A DNA stretch of 64,000 bases, taken from assembly GCA_964035545.1 (NCBI GenBank), contig OZ037767.1, positions 11,542,581 through 11,606,580 on the forward strand. Reading direction: 5' to 3'. Every line of letters begins with the position of its first letter. Positions within the stretch are counted from its first letter, which is position 1. The notes beneath the pieces were generated by a model, which ran no database searches, was not told the origin of the DNA, and worked only from the letters and a program-made list of their open reading frames with translations. Made by a program: the position numbers and the translations under genes. Shown one piece after another: positions 1 to 12,690 of the stretch. This DNA comes from Bugula neritina. Lineage: Eukaryota; Animalia; Bryozoa.

Positions 1-43
1 CATGGGGAGCCCCGGACCAAAACATAGGTGCCTGAGAACTTAC

Positions 44-3000
44 CCGAATTGACTTTGACTGGCCAAGAGCGCGGCTAATCTTTCCACTTCCTGTTTGTAT
101 TTGTCTAGTTCATTTTTAAGCCAATCAGTTTCATCCTTCTGCCTGTTAATAACTTCCTCTGCGTCATCTGTCCGCCGCAGCGTATCATTGAGGTTTCTAT
201 CTCGATCAGCAAGCATCTGCAAAAATGGAATTAGTGGAAGTGTTGTACAGTAGACTTCATTGAGCAGCTTTTAAAAGAAACAAAGAGCTCACATTGTTAG
301 TCAACAATTCTGAGAATAAGAGAGAAATACAAATGGCAAGTCACAGATGATGAGCCACAGATGATGAGTCACAAGTAAAAACTCACCTGCTGAAGCCTGT
401 CAATCTCGCTGTCAGCCTTAGCCAGCTCTTTGTAGAGTCTGCGTGTTTCAGGGTTTGGTTGAGGAGCAGCTAGTCTAGGGTTCTCCAGATCTGATTCGTA
501 GGTTTCAGGGACTGTGCCCAGATCCCCCCTCCTTCTGTCAGATGGCTTAGAACCTCTGCCACCTAAATATACATATTATATACTATTAACAATCTAGAGT
601 TATACATCAACATATTTAACACATTAGTAAGCACTGAAGAAAGCAGCCTGTGGGATAATCTATAGCCTTAAAACTAAATAAACTGATTGACAACATTCAA
701 GGCGAGTAGTAAGCCGTGCTTCCTTACCAAATGCAGCCTCATTTCCAGGATGTCTGGGCTGAGTATAAGGTTGAGGTGCATCAGATTGAATGGACATGAC
801 ATCATCAGGGTGGGGCGGAACACGTGTCATACTTTGTCTAGAAGGTTCCAAAGGTCTAGGATTTTCATCAGTTCTACAGAGAAACGAGTTTCAGGGTACC
901 TCCCTGCTCTCAAGTTCACAGCAAAGTAGATAAACTTAGGAATATGTATACTTACACTCTACCACTGTTCTGGTACAGATATACTTACACTCTTCCACTG
1001 TTCTGGTACAGATATACTTACATTATATCACTGTTCTGGTACAGAGATACTTACACTCTACCACTGTTCTGGTACAGATATACTTACACTCTACCACTGT
1101 TCTGGCTGCTAGACCCTTGACCAGGAGTTCCACCGTCTCTCTCATCAAACCTGTTGACACCACGTTTAGACTGAGAGTGAGGATGGTGGGAAGGATGGAG
1201 AGGGTGAGCCCGCTTTACAGTATCATGTGTAGCCTCACTCTCCTCATATGACTCATCTAGGCCAGCGTCCAAATCAAACTGAGGTGGAGCGGAATACCTG
1301 CACAGGGGTAGAAAACTCCCCAACTTAGAAAAATATGCATTTAGTGGCATTTAAAAACATTTTAAAATAAAAACTACTTCAAAACAAACCAAAACAGATA
1401 AATCATAAGTTTGTAATTACTTGAAATTTATTTTATACAACTGACAACCTGTTTTAGCTTGAGAAAATAATGAATTTTAACAGGTCTAAACTAAACAGGC
1501 CATCACTCAGGGAGCTTATTGGTCACTATAATAGCATGGATGACTACGCTCACAACAAACACGTTGGAAACACAATTTTACCGACTGCTGATGGAAAGAC
1601 AACTTCACTGACTTGTTATACTTGCTGAGACTCCTCGGCTGGTCAGTAGCGCGCGACATCTGCCTTGACCTCTCCAACTCCGCCTGCACTTTGCGCAGAC
1701 GGTCGTGAGCGTCCATTAACTGCCTCTTCAAATTTTCCTCTCCCGCCATGTTGGCTCTGATGTCATTCAGCTCCTGTCTGAGAACTTCTACCAGGGCAGA
1801 TGACTCCGAGTCTGTGGACTCACTCCCCTATACAAGCAGTCAACATATGCCTCTAATGACTCATGTCAGGTCAAGAAAGCAGCTTTTTATTCAACTTTAT
1901 TAAAGTTTATGGTAAAATTCAGCTCTCTATCTCCACAAGTATGGGTCCAGCAAAAAGGTTGTAAAGTGCAAACAATTCCCAATTATTACATTAGATGTGA
2001 ATGATTATTACTTCTTTAACCAGGTGTGCACAGCAGTTCATTGGAAGGCAATCAGAGTTAACAGAAAGGACACAGCTATGCCACATATTACTAGAATATA
2101 AACAAACTCTGATGTGTTTGACAAACTACAGGAGCCTCGGAGAACACAACTCCTTACCCGTGCACGAGCCTCCCCTAGCGTAGCGCTAAGGTTAGCAATT
2201 TTGTGCTGAAGTCTGGCATTCTCATCTCGCAGGTGCTTAGCATCTTTCCCTGCCTGTTTAGTCTCTTTTTCCGCTGCCTTCTGCAGTGCTGCCAACTTCC
2301 TCTCAACTGGGTCGGCCATGTTGGCGGACAACGACTGACCAGACTGCGCTTTCTGGATGGCTGAGTCAATCTTTGATAGAACTTCGGCATCAGCCAGCGA
2401 CTTTCCCACCTGATTCTCTTTCTTCAGTCTATCATTCTCTTTCTGCACAGAGTAAATAACTTATCTACATAATAATCTTCCAACTACTCACATTTGTGCA
2501 ACGTCTCCACCCCTGTGAGAACCCCTGAGTACAAGGACTAAGTACTGCGCCTCTCAGCATGCTAGAAACATAGTGTGAGGACCTCCACAGTAACACAGAA
2601 GAGGTTATGACCTGATGCCCTTCCTCACATCAGTAATCCTGTTAGAGGACTTGTATCCTACTAGGCTGGTGCTCTAACCACTATAACATGGCTACCTCTT
2701 AGTTATAATCACTGAAGATGTTAGGTTACTTGAATGGGAACTACATTGAGCTCACATCTTAAAGGTACTGGGTAAAGACAAGCATGGCACATAGTGGAGA
2801 CAAACCTTCAACTTGCTGAGCTCTTTTTTTATACTCGGATCAGCTGAAACACTTCTCTGCTCGTCAAGTTCCTGTTGCAGCCGGTCCTTCGCTGCCAATA
2901 ACTGCCTCACATCCTCTTCTAGCTCCGCCTACACCAACAACTACATATGTACCTACATATTGTATACAGTTATATCTACATTCTACATGTTCTACAGCTA

Positions 3001-6000
3001 TATCTACACACATTATACAGCTATATCTATACATGTTATACAGCTATACCTACACACATTATACAGTTCTATCTACACTTAATATCAACTAGTAAAACCA
3101 GGATACTCAACTAAAAGAGTCATAAAGTGGACTCACTTTACTAGGACTTGTCGGTGACGGTGACTGCCCTATGCGCTCTCTAATAGCAGCATTAGCCGAT
3201 TTTTCTTCCTGTACAACGAAAATTATCAACAATCATTCAAGAGAACACGCCATAGAGAGCAACTAGTAAAGAGATAATCTGTTACTTCTATACAAACACT
3301 TTGATAATATACAAGTTTACAATGTCAAGACCAGATTACACCTATTTCTGACACTGGCGCAATATTCTACTTGCAGAATGTTGCTAATACATTGTGGATA
3401 AACATCACATGCCTTATACTATGATCACTAGAAAATTCACTGTTAGTCTGATACAATGAGTTCTTACTATACCTACAATGAGCTCTCACTATACCTGCAA
3501 TGAGCTCTCACTATACCTGCAATGACTTCTCCAAGAGGTCCAGTGCTCTCTCCTTCTCATCTGCTATTCTTTCCAGCTCAGCCAGGCGCCGTCTCAGCGC
3601 CAAGCCCTCATTCTCAGTGGCCTGTCCCTGTTTGAGGGACGTGAGAATGCTCTTCACCTCCTGCGCCACGTTCCCTATATCTGGGTGGTCTTCACTTCCT
3701 AAGGCTACCAAAACACAACGTCATAAAGCCATTACCAGCTTAATTTTGGCTTGTTAAATGTGGGCCAATTTTTCAACAAACACCTTTGTGGAGAGTAGTA
3801 GCCAAAAGCCCCAAAAATTACTAAATCACAGGCTTTGCTTGGCAATACTCTAAATATCTGTACAGGCAGCTTCACATTTATTATAATATATTATAATTGT
3901 TCAGTGGATCTTGTGCAGACATCATTGTATTCAGCTGCAAGTGTCACAAAGATTAAACAAAGAGTGAAGTATTAATAGGAGTGCAAGTTCACTATTGTAG
4001 TTTTGAATTATGTGCCCAAAATGAGGTACAGAAGCTGTAATATCAACTAAACTGATAATCAGCAAGGAGCTTGCACACTCACGGTTAGTTTGAGAGAGTT
4101 GGTTGTCCAAGCTTTGCATTTCACTCTTCTTCTGCTCCAGCATTTGCTCTAAATCAGCAAGGGCTTGCTCGAGGTCCTCTCTCATATCCTTAGCCTTTGT
4201 AAGGAACGCTTCCTTATCGTCCCTCTCTAACAGAAGTGCCTCCTACAAACCAGATTAACTAGCAGGTCATGAAACTAGTCAAAGCCTTTTACTTGTTATC
4301 AACTAAACCTGGTGTTTCGAAAAACCACCAATGGTAACATCCAGATTAATGTCTATTTACAGAGTTCACTAGTATTTCCATATGAGCAGATCACTAAGCA
4401 TATGAAACTTAAGGCAGTACGACATAATCATACTTATGTAGTGTTGAAAACTGCAAAAGCATCTTGTTTCAACTAAAATACTGCTATCGTATTAAATATT
4501 CAATTCAAATAATTGCATCGTATATCTTTTGCATGTATGTCTTCAATGAATTCAAAGGTTTGGGTAACATGTGTTTCGGAGGAGACAATGTCCAGTCTGA
4601 GTTTCAGATTTTACTCCATCCTAGTGATTAGTTTGCGCATTGAAGCAGGTAAGAATAAAATGTAATAACTTAGCAAATTCAGCATCATTTTTTAATGCTT
4701 CCAACACTGAGCCGAGTGAAACCACAATGCCAGCAGCAGGTGAGTCGAAATCATGAATTATTTGAAGATGTGTTTTAAAAGATTGTCATAAATTTCTTGG
4801 ACATAAACCCTAAGTTGCATTTGGTTGATAGCTAAGAAAGTTCTAGATATTTAAATATGGCATAACTGTAACTAAGCAACAGTAAATGATGCAAAGAAGA
4901 TACAAAATCTATAAAAAAAAAGACAAAACTTATATAGTTGCAAGCACTAAAAACACAAGAAAAAATACAGCAGCATGTTAAAGTGTTATTAAGGAATAAG
5001 TAAATTGACCTCTAGAACAAAAAAAGATGCATTTCTTACTTACAAGTTTGTAACGGAGTTCAGCAGTCAGGTCCTAGAGTATGTTACATAATTCAAGTGA
5101 CACAACATGACATAATAACATAGACATAGAATCCACTTAGGAATAGAAGCCCATGCTGATAAGGAATCATAGCAAACAGCAACTAGTTAGCTTACAACAC
5201 ACAAACCACCCACAAAGAGGACACAACTCAAAATAACATAAGAGGTGAAGCTAACCTTTTCCGAATCTTCAAGGTCGGAAGCCTCTAAGCTCCGGTCAAG
5301 GTCATCCAGGTTCTGCTCAGCTTCCGAGATGTCAGCAGCATTTCTATCAAGATTATCGAGCAGCTGCTCCCTGTTGCTCTCCAGCTCGTCAATCTGCAAG
5401 TATCAGAGTTTGCTCTGCAATATTCCCCGAGCAGTAAAGTGACAGGAATGACAACTCCCAAAGCATAAATGAAAAACATTGAGCTGGTTCACCTAGCCAA
5501 TCAGTCGAGCATGAAACACAGTTAACCACACCCACCGTCTGTTGAAGTGCGTCCAGATCTCTCTCCAAGTTCTCTCTGTCCGGATCAGGTAGAGATGTTC
5601 TAGAATGTTCCACCAGATCTGTCAGCTTCACCAAATGTTCGGCGGCATTTGCCACTCTCATCTCGGTGTGGTGCAGCTGATTGGTCAGTTCAGCTAGTCT
5701 TCTGTTGGCTTCTTCTACTTTCTGGTGTTTATCCTCCAACTGTGGAACAGAATAGCTTTTTGCTTACTAGAACTCAATAGAAACTACATTTTTATATTTT
5801 CAAGTGTGGCACTCAACTGAGAATGATTGTGTAATGTGATTTCTATTTGCCCGATATAGTAGAACCAAGTATTTTTTAGCATATTTTCAATGAAAAAGCT
5901 AAAAACTTCTGAAGATGGTACCTCACTCTCGAGGATAGAATCTGGAGAAACGTCATCAACTCTACTCTTAGGCCGCCGCTTCTTCTCTGGTGGTCTGAGG

Positions 6001-9000
6001 TTTACAGGCCATTCAGGTCTGTCTTTAGCGTGCTGAGATTTACCTATGTAAGGGCTTTCCATCAGACTATCCCCATCTTCCTGCAGGGGTACATGTAATG
6101 CCGCATTACAACTCTGGCAACATATTACTATTCTGTTGGTACATTAACAAGAGTGGCAATTTTTTATTCGGTTAAGAAAAGTACACAGGTATAAAGATTC
6201 AATTGGGAAAGAAGTATTTAGAATTTGAAGCACACTTGATGCAAGAGCGAAAGAGATAAATACAAGAAATTGCCTAGCTAGTTGTTTGATATGTGACAAA
6301 AGAGATATCAATTATTGGTACTACTCTTATGACTGAACTTTTCCTGAGCATTTATCAAGTAACAAAAAAAGCTGCTCTGTTCCAGTATGAAGTCACACAT
6401 GTGCTGCTGAATAGACTTAACCCTGTAGGCAGCTGACACATTATAATTATCCATACTTCAAAATAGGGTACCTTTGAGACACGCATTTTACCCTCAATGC
6501 ACATCTAGACTGTAGTCTACAGAAGCAGTTAACATTGTGTGTTGCTTAGTTTTACTAATATATAGTAACTAGCAGCTTTATGAGAAAGTACAAGTAAAGT
6601 TATATTAGCCAACATAGTAAATATTGACAAAGGGTCAAATCTGAATAACTTGAAACAACTACAGACTCACACTTACAGCTACAGTAACAACTGCACGTTC
6701 ACACTTACAGCCACAGTAACAACTGCACGTTCACACTTACAGTTACAGTAACAACTACAAGCTCACGCTTACAGCTACAGTAACAACTACACACTCACAC
6801 TTACAGCTACAGAAACAACTACAGACTCACACTTACAGCTACAGTAACAACTACATGCTCACACTTACAGCTACAGAAACAACTACAAGCTCACACTTAC
6901 AGCTACAGAAACAACTACAGACTCACACTTACAGCTACAGTAACAACTGCACGTTCACAGTTACAGCTACAGAAACAACTACACGCTCACACTTACAGCT
7001 ACAGAAACAACTAAAAGCTCACACTTACAGCTACAGTAACACCTACAGACTCACATTTACAGCTACAGTAACAACTGCACGTTCACACTTACAGCTACAG
7101 TAACAACCACAAGCTCACACTTACAGCTACAGATGGAGTGTCAGGTTTCTTGTGTAAACTAGTGAACTTAGTATCAATCTTATAGAAAGCCAGTTCCTGC
7201 TCCAACTCATAGTGCTTCTGATTGGCTCTGCTTAGCTCCGCCTGCTTCCTGCCAATCATCTCCTCCTTCGCCATCAATTCCGCTCGCAGATCCTTTATTT
7301 TACGGTCATTTTCCCCTTTTACAAGCAAATAATAAGATTTTCAATAACTGCGTGTGGACAACACGTAGAAACTTGGACACGTAATTATTAAAAAACCGTA
7401 TATAAAAAAGGTACTGAATCTTATCATAATTTGGAAAATATGATCACAAATCACAGCAATTCTGACAGTTTAAGCTACTCACTCTAGTAGAGTGAGTAGC
7501 TTAAAAAGTCAGATTTGCTGTGACTCTAGATTACTCACCATTCACTCTAGAGTACTGACTATTCATTCTACAGTATTCACTACTCTACAGTACTCACGAT
7601 TCACTCTGCAGTATTCACTATTAACTCTACAGTACTCACTGCTGACCCTGACGCGCTGACTATCGTTTTGCTGACTACTTTCCAGGTCCCGCAATGACTT
7701 GTCGTGCTCCTCTTGCAGAGATTCATACTTGCTGCGTATTTCATAGACTTCTGCATGCAAGGCTTGCACCTCATCTGTACAGAGAGTAGAGGAAAGGTGA
7801 ATTGAAACTGAAAACACATCTGATAAAGAAGTTCCATTCGTGTGATAGGCTTTGGTACAGACCAATTGATCAGTAATATAAACCAATACAACTCTGGCTA
7901 AGTTATATAACGACAGCTAGTTTATAGCCTTGCAGAGTAAAATCTGTGTTCTCTACCAGAGTTGTCAACTTTATCTCCAGCAATACAGTGACTCACCCTG
8001 ATCAAACCGTCTGTTGGCCTCCATGCGTTCTTCTGAGGTAATTCTACGCCCATCCAGGACGTCGAGGCTTTGCAGATGAAAGATGATATAAAGCCGGTAG
8101 TGAGGTAAGTCGCACAGAGGGTTGTGGGCTATGCTGAGGAATGTGAGGTTGGCTAACCCCCTCAACTTTCTTACTTCTTGTAACTAGAAGAAATCGGTCA
8201 TATAATCTACACACTGAGGGTATATAATCTATACACTGAGGGTATATAATCTATACACTGAGGATATATAATCTATACACTGAAGATATATAATCTAGAT
8301 ACTGAGGATATATAATCTACATACTGAGGGTAGAACAGAAGACTGTAAAATGCTAACAAGAGCTCACTTACTGATTCAATACTGTTAGACGCAAGACGTA
8401 GATTTCGTAGGGACTTGAGTTTCTTTGCTATCCAGAGGGGTATTGTCTGGATCTGATTGCCCTCCAAATTCAACGTAATCAGGTTAGATAGTTTCTCTAG
8501 ACCTATAAACCAAACAAACTAGATTATAATCTTAATTCTAACATTAGGATTGGCTTCATCAGAAGTTATATCACAAAACATTTCATGCAAAATAATGTTA
8601 AAACTTAAAAATTGTTTGTGAAAGCTCATTTTTCATTGAACACCCTTTTGCATAAAGAATATTTGTGAAGTTTACTCGGTTTACTCAACATAAAAGTATG
8701 AGCATATAAATATTAAACCTGTAACAAGAAACAGGGCAATTAATGCAGACATTTCAAAGGTATAAGTAAGCTGGTTGATGCATCTCTCAAATTTTCAAAT
8801 GACATAATTCGTTTTTTATCTACTTTGACGTTAGATATAATGTCTAAAGACCTCTATAGAACAACAGCACACATCATTAACACTCCCACAATGCTTCACA
8901 CAAGCAACAACAGATCAGTTACAACTTCACCTTCTATTTTAGTGATATGATTATGTGACACATCCAGGTCCTTTAACTTCTGCAATGATTCCAGACGCTC

Positions 9001-9727
9001 TAGTCGCTCAATAGAATTATGAGCTAAATTCAGTGTATGCAGTCTTTTTAACTTATCAAGATTTTCTATCACCTGAAAATATACAAAACCTGATTAAACT
9101 TAGAACAACTTATTCCTGGCTACATAATTAGCAGCCCTTCATAAATGTCAAATCAGGTAACAAAGAAGTTTTGTATTGGTAAGTAAATATCTAGGAAAAA
9201 GTTCAAGTTTTACAATTGGTATATAAAATGAGCTCACTCTGATTTTTTTGCCGGAAAGCTCCGAATAGTTGAGTTTAAGAATAGTGATAGAGTCGAGTGG
9301 AGTGTCCCTGACTGTGTTTTTGATGAGATCTTCAGACAAGTGACGGACTCCTTTACAGAAACCAGACATATATGAAACTAGTGCAATGCAGCCTAGACTA
9401 ATAACATCTCATCAAACATCACTGAGATGACAAGGGTTACTTTACTTCATTTAATACCCACTGAATATCTTGACTTTTGCTTATTTTATAAAATTCTGGT
9501 TGTCTAAAACTAATGAAATGCTAGAAAATAAAACACAACAAATGAATATTTTTAAATTCCTGAATTTTTAGTTAAATTCTTAGTAATAAAAAATGATTTT
9601 CGTGATCAAAATTTGTACTAAACACAGTAAAATAACCCACAACTAAATTCATAAGAAATGACTCACCACTCATGGCCCTTTGAGGATTTATCTGCCCTCC
9701 TGGGCGAGCAAGAAAAGAGTCTGGCAT
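44..9727 (-). CDS. CNTRL: Centriolin (LRR + LRRcap + long coiled-coil centrosomal protein); 3'-partial, continues past the left edge
   Basis: Exons in transcript order: 9667-9727, 9238-9350, 8931-9072, 8372-8502, 7997-8183, 7640-7774, 7125-7315, 5922-6080, 5536-5739, 5256-5393, 5044-5073, 4083-4242, 3517-3704, 3137-3208, 2806-2928, 2158-2442, 1613-1827, 1088-1297, 728-873, 387-562, 44-216. All introns are GT-AG with matching phases. The peptides GVRHLSEDLIK, GKKIRVIENLDK, IPLWIAKKLKSLRNL, NPLCDLPHYRLYIIFHLQSL, YELEQELAFYKIDTKF and ESPYIGKS match centriolin as I recall it. The ATG at 9727 is tentative because an in-frame acceptor lies just upstream. Confidence 0.9.
946..1105. repeat. 33-bp minisatellite, about 5 copies, containing a CNTRL exon end plus donor
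   Basis: Unit ATATACTTACACTCTACCACTGTTCTGGTACAG; CTTAC at 951, 984, 1017, 1050, 1083. Confidence 0.95.
2940..3078. repeat. Degenerate 23-bp minisatellite next to a CNTRL acceptor
   Basis: Unit approximately TATACAGCTATATCTACACACAT; TACAG at 2965, 2993, 3016, 3039, 3062. Confidence 0.8.
3467..3525. repeat. 22-bp tandem repeat, about 2.7 copies, containing a CNTRL donor
   Basis: Unit CTATACCTGCAATGAGCTCTCA starting at 3467, 3489, 3511. Confidence 0.9.
6655..7132. repeat. 32-bp minisatellite, 15 copies, containing a CNTRL exon end plus donor
   Basis: Unit approximately CACACTTACAGCTACAGTAACAACTACAGACT; ACTTAC-type motif every 32 nt from 6671 to 7119. Confidence 0.95.
7520..7639. repeat. Degenerate 21-bp repeat starting at a CNTRL donor
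   Basis: Minus strand reads GTGAGTACTGTAGAGTTAATA-GTGAATACTGCAGAGTGAATC-GTGAGTACTGTAGAG... Confidence 0.8.
8199..8331. repeat. 22-bp minisatellite, 6 copies, filling most of a 188-nt CNTRL intron
   Basis: TATAATC at 8201, 8223, 8245, 8267, 8289, 8311. Confidence 0.93.
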
Positions 9728-11173
9728 GCCGGCACCCTATTCCGCAAATAGATAATTTTTAAATCACGTCACTGGCATTAAGAAATTGTATGCCAAATCT
9801 ACAATACATAAAATTGATACTGCAGGCATAATTTATCTTTTCGATGGCTTCTAAATTATTGCTATTACATCAACCAACAACTAAATTGTATGAGTTATGA
9901 ATATTTCTAACTGGACTTGAGCTTTTGGTATGATCATCTGATGCAGTGCTTACTACTATGTATAATGAAAGTATGGAAATGGGACCTTACGTTAACTGTA
10001 AAACTCAGCTAATTTATATTATTTTAAATTACATAAAAGAAGTACAATGAAAGCTATTTATTATTGATTTTTACTATTTATTATTTCATAAGAAAACATG
10101 TTGTCAATTTTTTCACTATGATTACAATAGTATATATACATGATGCATAAAATATGTTTATACTATTAGCAATAAATATCTATTTCTATTTTGTAAAACA
10201 ACCATTTCTAAATAAAGATTAGACTAATGAAAAGTCATTTGATATATATGGATATATTGAAAAGTTTGACCTCAATTTTCAGATAAAAACTTTAAACGCA
10301 GCGTGAGAGTGTTTATAAGAATATAACTTGCTAGCAAAAGAATTATACTAATTTTAGCCTCTTTAACGTTTTTAGAGCAAAATACTAGTTATATTTTTTG
10401 AGTGTACATGAGCTAAAAATTTCACATTGCTTCGTCACATATTTCAAAAGTACAAGTAAAAAGTAAAACTATTTTATTGTTATATACTTTGAGGCTGTGA
10501 TGAAGTAAGAAGTAGAATAATAACTTAATTACCCAATAAAATTTAAGTCTCAGAACTATTTAATTTTACTTGTATTTTCAAGCTAATTTTAAATCATGAT
10601 CTATGCAAATTATAACTTGAAGATTATCACTAACAGTAATAAAAATGTTTTAATGCTCCAAAAATGAAAAGGCTTATGTGCCTAGATAAAGTCTTTTGCT
10701 TCTGTCTCTTACAAATTGCAAGAAAACTCATTTTTTATTGAGGTAAATATAGAATACTGAAAAAATAGGTGAAGTATCAGTAAAACTATAACTAACTTGT
10801 ATCAGTATGAGTACGATGAATGTATAAATGTCCTCATTTTACTTGTTTTCTGTTTTTACATTTACTTTTACTGTAGTTCTAAAAATGTAATGAAAATGAT
10901 GTTCAGCATTGTAAAAGTAAAACTACAGTAATCCCAATATTTTATAATTATTGTTATAACCATAATAATAATGATAAAAATGCTTGAAGATATAATTATA
11001 TGATGCAATGATGTATAAATTTACATACACATGACCATAACTTTTAGTCTAGTTTTGTAGCATAGTAGTTCCGACATTTGATATTAACAACTCATTATAC
11101 CAGTTAGTTGTGTCATCTGTCATCATGTAAACTGTTGAATAATCAATTAGTACCACATGCCATTGTATTCACC

Positions 11174-11322
11174 CAGTAATGGAGAAATTGAGAAAAGCCT
11201 GTGTTCTAAATTAGAAATGTAGCAAAAAAAGTTATGTTCTCGCAAGAATTTCAACCCGCACCCCAACCAATGTTTATAAAGAAATTTAAGAAACTTAGGC
11301 CACCTCAATTTCTCCACTACTG
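11174..11322. mobile_element. MITE-like element, copy 1
   Basis: Inverted termini CAGTAATGGAGAAATTGAG ... CTCAATTTCTCCACTACTG (18/19). About 80 nt are nearly identical to the reverse complement of 59579-59661. Confidence 0.7.
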
Positions 11323-12289
11323 CTCCCAACTGACTGACTCTAGATGAATCTTTACTAAGTCTAAACTATATTACAATTATTAACAACACAAAATGAAAAT
11401 ATAACAATATGAATATAGTTATATTCTATACTTCCAAGTTACAACCATAAAGAAAATCATTATGATCATGATAAAGTTATCATGATCATCATTATCATAA
11501 TCATTAATTTGAAACCATTATCATTATGCTTATTGGCCAGTGGCAGTAATCATAGTAATTCTAGTAGTCATAATACAAGCCTATAGAGTATAGACTATAA
11601 CTATAAGTATAAGTATAAGTATAACTATAAGATTAGGCATAAGCATACAATTACGTCTAAGTATTAGTATAACTATATTATAATAATGTATATTATTATT
11701 ATATTTAATTTTATAACATTAACTTATGAGTTATGAGTAAATGTAAGATTACAATTACTGAATTACTATCACTATTAGTATTACTATTAGTATTACAAAT
11801 TGAAATTGGAATTGAAATACATTTTCAAATGGTAAAATATGTGTAAAACTTAAACTAACGGTAACACTAACTGAAAGTTGGACTCAAGTCAAACTTTAAC
11901 TTGAAGCAAAACTGAAAAAGTTTAAAAGAGCATTGGAAATAAATTTCAATTTGATTTAGATTCAGATTGGCCTTAGCGCTCAAGCCTGAGCTAGGCATTT
12001 TGATTTTGATAAATTTTAAAATAAAATTTAATATAAAAATATAACATTCCAAGTTCCATCCCGTGAATCATAATAAAAAAGTTCCTAATTACATTTAATT
12101 TACTTGTCAACAATATGGTATGATTATTGAAAATTGATAATTGAAAGCACAATATCATAATGATTAACGTTACCATTACGATTATGATAAGGAGTATTAC
12201 TAAAGTAAAAGTAACGCTAACTTCAATTATAGGCTATACATAGCATTATGCAGGTCAAATCCGCATATTAATCTTAGATTCAAATTATC

Positions 12290-12505
12290 GGCCTACATTG
12301 TAGCGTGTCAAAATATTGTTTTCATATTTTGCGTCTCAAGCAGTAGCGGCAGCTGCAACCGCTTTTTATACTTTCGGATACAACCAAGTGATTTGCAGAC
12401 GAACTAGTGGCGCGTAGTTCTAGCTCGCAAATAATTTGGCAAAGCTCTATTCATCACCTGCATTTTAGTGACCGAGCACATTCCACCACTTTGTACTGCG
12501 AGTAG
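12290..12505 (-). promoter_or_regulatory. Putative CNTRL promoter / first non-coding exon region
   Basis: Local CpG-rich patch in AT-rich, CpG-poor DNA, between the CLASRP polyA signal and the first CNTRL coding exon. Inferred from composition and position only. Confidence 0.35.
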
Positions 12506-12684
12506 ATTTTGTATTGTTTTTCCTTCAAAAAACATTTCTGAGATGTGTCTATTTCTACACAAACTATTTTCTAACTTTATCATTGATAAAAGTGAAGTTC
12601 CAACTTATGAGCATAAAACCTTCACCTATTAGTTAAATTCCGTATCATCTATGAACACACATTTATAGGAACAACATAACTTTG

Positions 12685-12690
12685 TTTATT
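12685..12690 (-). terminator. Candidate polyadenylation signal (AATAAA) of CLASRP
   Basis: TTTATT on the plus strand, about 520 nt downstream of the CLASRP stop codon. Confidence 0.5.

Noticed and set aside
32-43. Apparent 12-nt GTAAGTTCTCAG micro-intron on the minus strand at the window edge
   Set aside because: Far below a plausible spliceosomal intron size; most likely the start of a longer intron leaving the window.
6855-7103. Thr-rich plus-strand ORF, and similar ORFs at 48039-48551 and 49701-50312
   Set aside because: Translations of minisatellites, with no independent gene structure.
11147-11329. Apparent paralogous small proteins here and at 59569-59799
   Set aside because: The similarity comes from two copies of a non-coding MITE-like element.
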